A program made the position numbers and the translations under genes. From Promethearchaeota archaeon (GTDB taxonomy: Archaea > Asgardarchaeota > Lokiarchaeia > Sigyniarchaeales > SOKP01), in assembly GCA_048940645.1 (NCBI GenBank), contig JBHLOI010000084.1, positions 1 to 11,933 on the forward strand: 11,933 nt of DNA, given 5' to 3'. This document shows positions 8,081-11,933 of the stretch, piece by piece; positions within the stretch are counted from its first letter, which is position 1; every line of letters starts with the position of its first letter. A model generated the notes under the pieces. That model saw only the letters and a list, made by a program, of their open reading frames with translations. It ran no database searches and was not told where the DNA came from.

Positions 8081-8145
8081 AATTATGAATCAAATTAATA
8101 ATAAACTCTTTTAGTAAGCCTTATATTGAAGAAATATAAGATGAA

Positions 8146-8167
8146 AGAGGGCAAAATATTTTTATAA
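8146..8167 (+). promoter_or_regulatory. Putative BRE/TATA promoter for the 8219 gene
   Basis: Purine-rich AGAGGGCAAAA followed by TTTTTATAA, about 50 nt upstream of ATG8219. Confidence 0.4.
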
Positions 8168-8218
8168 AAATAAACATTCTTATTGAAAATAATAAATATT
8201 GAAATCTAGTTTTATATA

Positions 8219-9349
8219 ATGAAAAGATATAACGGGATTGACATTATTCGTGGAATTTCAATGTGGCTGATGATAGCGGGACATTTAATAGATTGGTGGA
8301 TAAAACAAGAGTTCTATTGGCATAAGCATCAAATGTATTCATTCCTTGAACCAATTGTTTCAACTGGATTTTTATTTGCTTCAGGAATTAGTACTGCCTT
8401 ATCATACAAACAGAGTTTATCACGAATTAATCCCGCTAATAAATCTAATTTATCACAAGTAAGAAATGAATATATTTTTAGAGCTTTTTTTATTTTAATA
8501 ATAGCTTTTATATACAATTTTTGTATTGGAGTGTTTTATGAGGGATTCTATAGTCTTTGGAGTTGGTATGTGTTACAAACCGTTGGATTTTGTTTAATAT
8601 TAACGTGGCCGTTTTTAAAGACACCAATTTATATTAGATTAATTTTTGGATTTTTTATACTAACAGTAAACCCTCTAATATTTGAATTATTGAAACAGTA
8701 TGAAGGACAATTAAACTTTTTAGGTTTTACATTTTATTTCTTATATCATCCTGCGGATATTGGATATACTATCTTATCATTTTTTGGAATCTTTTTAATA
8801 GGGACGGTCCTAGGAGATATCCTATTTGATTTGAACAGGCTAGATAACCAAAATGAAAGAAGAGCTAAATTTAAAACCAATTTTATAATTCCTACTTTAG
8901 CTTTTGGTGGATTTTTAATAATTTTTGGTGTTATATATATGTTTCCACACTTTTTAGTATTAAGAACATTTTCATCGTTTATTTATTCTTTAGGTGTAGT
9001 TATAGTTTTACTCTCGATTTTTATTACTATTCAAGAATTTCAATTATTAACTACAAAAAAAAGTTATAAATTCTTATTTTACTATTCATATTATTCGTTT
9101 ACAATTTACTTAACCCACAATCTTTTATTCTTTTTATTTAGTGATTTCTTCAATGTTTTTACAATATGGGTCGCAATTTTCATAGTTACAACCGTAATTG
9201 GAGTGCTTCTTAATTTTACTTACAAAAAAGTTGGAAAAAAAGCTTCTTTAAAAGCAGTTATAGGAATTTTCAGTTACGAATTAGCTAAAAGAATTGCAAT
9301 TAAATCGCAATATAAATTCGAAAAAACTAAAGAAATTAAGGTTTCTTAA
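8219..9349 (+). CDS. Polytopic membrane protein, DUF1624 / heparan-alpha-glucosaminide N-acetyltransferase-like (acyltransferase-3 clan)
   Basis: N-terminal RxxGIDxxRGxxxxxMxxxH motif, then FLFASGIS, RAFFILIIA and VLQTVG, with roughly 10-11 hydrophobic segments. Confidence 0.8.
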   Translation: MKRYNGIDIIRGISMWLMIAGHLIDWWIKQEFYWHKHQMYSFLEPIVSTGFLFASGISTALSYKQSLSRINPANKSNLSQVRNEYIFRAFFILIIAFIYNFCIGVFYEGFYSLWSWYVLQTVGFCLILTWPFLKTPIYIRLIFGFFILTVNPLIFELLKQYEGQLNFLGFTFYFLYHPADIGYTILSFFGIFLIGTVLGDILFDLNRLDNQNERRAKFKTNFIIPTLAFGGFLIIFGVIYMFPHFLVLRTFSSFIYSLGVVIVLLSIFITIQEFQLLTTKKSYKFLFYYSYYSFTIYLTHNLLFFLFSDFFNVFTIWVAIFIVTTVIGVLLNFTYKKVGKKASLKAVIGIFSYELAKRIAIKSQYKFEKTKEIKVS

Positions 9350-9351
9350 AT

Positions 9352-9891
9352 TTATTTATATTTGTTATATAACAGTTCTATTATGGTTTTAAATGCATAA
9401 TCAACATTCTCTCCGGTTTTTGCAGATGTTTGGTAAACTCCTATAATTTTCTTCTTGTTTATAATTTTATTGACTTTTTTATTATCTATTTCATTCTTAT
9501 TAACTAAATCTACTTTATTAGCAAAAATAATGACTGGTATATCACCACAAAAATTTTTAATCTCATTGTGCCAATCCTTAACATTGGTAAGACTCCGAAC
9601 ACCCAAATCATTTTCCTCAAGCGAATATACAATTATGGCTCCCTTACTTTCTTTATAAAACGATGGTCGTAAGAAATGAAAACTATCCTGTCCAGCTATA
9701 TCCCATAAAAAAAGTACGCATTCATCATCATTTATTTTTTGGTTGTACACAGAGAATTGTGCTCCTATAGTTGGAATATAATCGTCTTCAAAGCCACCTT
9801 GAGTAAATCTATTAATAAGAGAGGTTTTTCCAACAGCCCCATCACCAATAACAATAATTTTAAAGATAAATTTTTTAGGAGTCTCTTTCAT
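9352..9891 (-). CDS. Rab-like small GTPase (Ras superfamily), about 179 aa
   Basis: G1 GDGAVGKT, G2 YIPTIG, G3 WDIAGQ, G4 NKVD and G5 TSAK are all present. I placed the start at ATG9891 (MKETPKKFIFK) because a TATTTAAAT box on the - strand (9930-9922) is about 31 nt upstream and too close to ATG9915 for that codon to be the start. Confidence 0.93.
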   Translation of the reverse strand: MKETPKKFIFKIIVIGDGAVGKTSLINRFTQGGFEDDYIPTIGAQFSVYNQKINDDECVLFLWDIAGQDSFHFLRPSFYKESKGAIIVYSLEENDLGVRSLTNVKDWHNEIKNFCGDIPVIIFANKVDLVNKNEIDNKKVNKIINKKKIIGVYQTSAKTGENVDYAFKTIIELLYNKYK

Positions 9892-10089
9892 CAAAAATAA
9901 CCATAAAATACCCATTTCCTAATTTAAATATCATAATTAATTATTTCAAAAAAATTTTTCTTTATTCGATTAAAAATTTTTAAATAGACTATTTCGAATC
10001 CAGTATATTATTGGAGCTTTGAAATTTTTCATAAAGTTATAAACACCTTGAGTAATTTTAATATATATACAAGCTAAGGAAGGATCACT

Positions 10090-10869
10090 ATGAAATACAA
10101 AATAGGAGAAAAAATGGAAATTTACTTTGCTTTATTTGGTGTTGTGTTAGGAGGATTATTAATAGTATTAGCCGCTTTTTTTACTCCAGGATATAATCCA
10201 TTAAATAATACCATAAGTTCATTAGGAAATGGCACAGCAAAATCATTATTTAGTATTGGTTTTGTAATAATGGGGTCATTAAGCATACCTTTTTATATAC
10301 AACTTGAAAGAGAATTAGTTAATATTAAAGAATTTATTAGAAGACTTGCAACAGGATTAGCAATTTTCTCAAATGTATGTATTTCATTAGTAGGAATTAT
10401 ACCAGACGAAACTTACATTGACATATTTTTAATATTTCATAGTTTTGTTGCTTATATTAGTTTTGTGGGTACAAGCCTTTATATAGGTCTTTACAGTCTT
10501 CTAATGTACATTGGTCCTAAATCAAAATTATATAATGGTCCAAAATTTAAAAGATACCAGGCTTACTTTGGATTTTTTATTAATGGAATTTTAATTCTGT
10601 TAATTACAACAAACCATCCTTTAATAGAATGGATATTAATGATTTTCATGTGGATTTGGGGTGTATCTACAGCAATTCAAATGCTATCTTTTAAGTTTTT
10701 TGATATTCCTGGCATGTATTATAGAAAAACACAATTTCCAGAAGCCTTAAAACTGTTTGAAGAAGCCTTGCAAATTTTAGATCGGCTGGATATGCCTGAT
10801 GAGCCAATTACAGGAACCATTAAGAAGAATATTGAATATTTAAGGAGTCAAGTTAGAGAAAAATCTTAA
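10090..10869 (+). CDS. DUF998-like membrane protein with a C-terminal TPR-like helical domain
   Basis: PGYNPLNNTISSLG follows the first TM helix, with about 6 TM segments and GIIPD..H. The soluble tail is GMYYRKTQFPEALKLFEEALQILDRL..TIKKNIEYLR. An alternative start is ATG10114, with AGGAG at 10104-10108. Confidence 0.7.
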   Translation: MKYKIGEKMEIYFALFGVVLGGLLIVLAAFFTPGYNPLNNTISSLGNGTAKSLFSIGFVIMGSLSIPFYIQLERELVNIKEFIRRLATGLAIFSNVCISLVGIIPDETYIDIFLIFHSFVAYISFVGTSLYIGLYSLLMYIGPKSKLYNGPKFKRYQAYFGFFINGILILLITTNHPLIEWILMIFMWIWGVSTAIQMLSFKFFDIPGMYYRKTQFPEALKLFEEALQILDRLDMPDEPITGTIKKNIEYLRSQVREKS

Positions 10870-10886
10870 TTCTTTTATATTCATTT

Positions 10887-10904
10887 AGAGGCATATTTTT
10901 ATAA
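10887..10904 (+). promoter_or_regulatory. Putative BRE/TATA promoter for the SDR gene
   Basis: AGAGGCATATTTTTATAA about 50 nt upstream of ATG10953. Confidence 0.4.
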
Positions 10905-10952
10905 GCTAAAGTATGCAAAATAATAAATTAAAATTGTTAAAATTGATTTAAT

Positions 10953-11795
10953 ATGAAGAAAAAATGGTACAAAGAAAAGGTATTTGTGATTACTGGAGCA
11001 AGTGGTGATATTGGTAGTGCCATATGCAGAGTTTTTGCTCCTTTAGGAATGAGAATGTATTTATTAGATCTACCTAATCCTGCAATAGATGGACTAGTAG
11101 AAGAATTAAAAGGATTGGGCGCGAAATATGTAGAGTGGCTAGCAATGGATTTAACAAATAAAGAACAAATTAGTCAAGTATTAACGACTATCGGAAAAAA
11201 GGAGAAATATATCGATATTTTATTTAATAATGCTGGAATAGGTAGTAAATGTTCTATTACTAATAATGGAAGTTTTGAAGAATATAGAAAAATCATGTCA
11301 ATAAATGTGGATGGTATGTGGTTAGTTCTTCAAGCAGCACTTCCTTATATAGGCCGTCCAGCGCCAACAAAAAAGAATCCTGATAGAAGAGAAGGACAAT
11401 TAATTTTCTCCTCCAGCTCTGCGGGAAAGACGGGAGTCCCTTATATGGCAGCTTATGCAATGAGTAAAAGTGCGATAATTGCATTAGCAAATTCTGTGAG
11501 ATTAGAATATAAAATTCAAAACCATAAAATCGATGTAATTACAGTAGTGCCTGCTCCAGCTGATACAAAATTTTACCATACTTCAGAAATGATTGATTGG
11601 ATAAATAGTTACAAAAAAAGGGGCCTTCTGTTTCAATTTGTTAAAACTAGAGATATTGCTAAGCGTGTGTTAAAAGCATCTAGGAAACGAAAAAAGGAAA
11701 TATTTGTTCCACGTTGGTGGAAGTTACTAGATATTTTGTTTGTCTTTAGTCACCATTTAATAGGAAATTTATTGATAAAAATCGAAAACCAATAA
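10953..11795 (+). CDS. Classical short-chain dehydrogenase/reductase (SDR)
   Basis: TGASGDIG, NNAG, catalytic Ser (SSSSAG) and YAMSK. The Asp ending beta2 (LLD) suggests a preference for NAD(H). Confidence 0.93.
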   Translation: MKKKWYKEKVFVITGASGDIGSAICRVFAPLGMRMYLLDLPNPAIDGLVEELKGLGAKYVEWLAMDLTNKEQISQVLTTIGKKEKYIDILFNNAGIGSKCSITNNGSFEEYRKIMSINVDGMWLVLQAALPYIGRPAPTKKNPDRREGQLIFSSSSAGKTGVPYMAAYAMSKSAIIALANSVRLEYKIQNHKIDVITVVPAPADTKFYHTSEMIDWINSYKKRGLLFQFVKTRDIAKRVLKASRKRKKEIFVPRWWKLLDILFVFSHHLIGNLLIKIENQ

Positions 11796-11897
11796 ATCTT
11801 AAATAATTAGTGTGAACATTTAAATAAACGATAGGAGATATTAAAGTTAATATTCTATTTAAATAGAAAAATTAATAGAAAAAAGGGTAAAATAATT

Positions 11898-11933
11898 ATG
11901 GCAATTCAATGGGGAAAAATGATTTTACACGGG
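11898..11933 (+). CDS. Probable start of the next gene, truncated by the window edge (MAIQWGKMILHG...)
   Basis: The ATG is preceded by purine-rich AAGGGTAA and a TATTTAAATA box at about 11856-11865. The frame stays open to the window end. Confidence 0.45.
   Translation, partial: MAIQWGKMILHG

Noticed and set aside
8049-8087. SECIS element, tRNA or CRISPR repeat interpretation of the hairpin
   Set aside because: There is no AUGA/GA core, no evident in-frame UGA selenoprotein adjacent, no cloverleaf and only one copy.
9892-9915. Hydrophobic N-terminal extension MGILWLFL on the GTPase as a myristoylation or membrane anchor
   Set aside because: The TATA position favours ATG9891, so the extension is probably untranslated. 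This cannot be fully excluded without homologue alignment.
1654-9981. Recurrent AAAAATTTTT palindromes (1654, 2571, 9950, 9972)
   Set aside because: The motif also occurs inside coding regions (7886, 9549) and is expected in very AT-rich DNA.
1770-11490. Short ORFs at 1770, 3168, 4173, 5346, 5877, 7271, 7677, 8329, 9455 and 11293
   Set aside because: All are antisense shadows fully inside well-supported genes and have no recognisable motifs.

Overview
This very AT-rich, gene-dense window looks archaeal and is most consistent with an Asgard (Lokiarchaeia-like) chromosome. That assignment is an inference from a Rab-like GTPase with no prenylation tail, an FrhB domain, a Tat-less RdhA-like protein, TATA-type promoters, a GGTGA Shine-Dalgarno and a T-tract terminator. 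It holds 10 well-supported CDS plus a short 3'-truncated ORF. In order: a 5'-truncated FrhB(C-terminal)-NfnB/SudA/GltD fusion, a reductive dehalogenase/QueG-like cobalamin Fe-S protein, a 1196-aa RapA/HepA-type SNF2 ATPase with an extra zinc ribbon and long coiled coil, a small DUF4760-like protein, a DUF364 protein, a cyclophilin-like (TM1367/DUF369) protein, a DUF1624-type membrane acyltransferase, a Rab-like GTPase, a DUF998-like membrane protein with a TPR-like tail, and an SDR. The best novelty candidate is the in-frame F420-binding/NADPH-flavoprotein fusion, followed by the RapA-like ATPase in an archaeal context. I saw no RNA genes, CRISPR arrays or mobile elements. All family calls come from recalled motifs; no searches were run.
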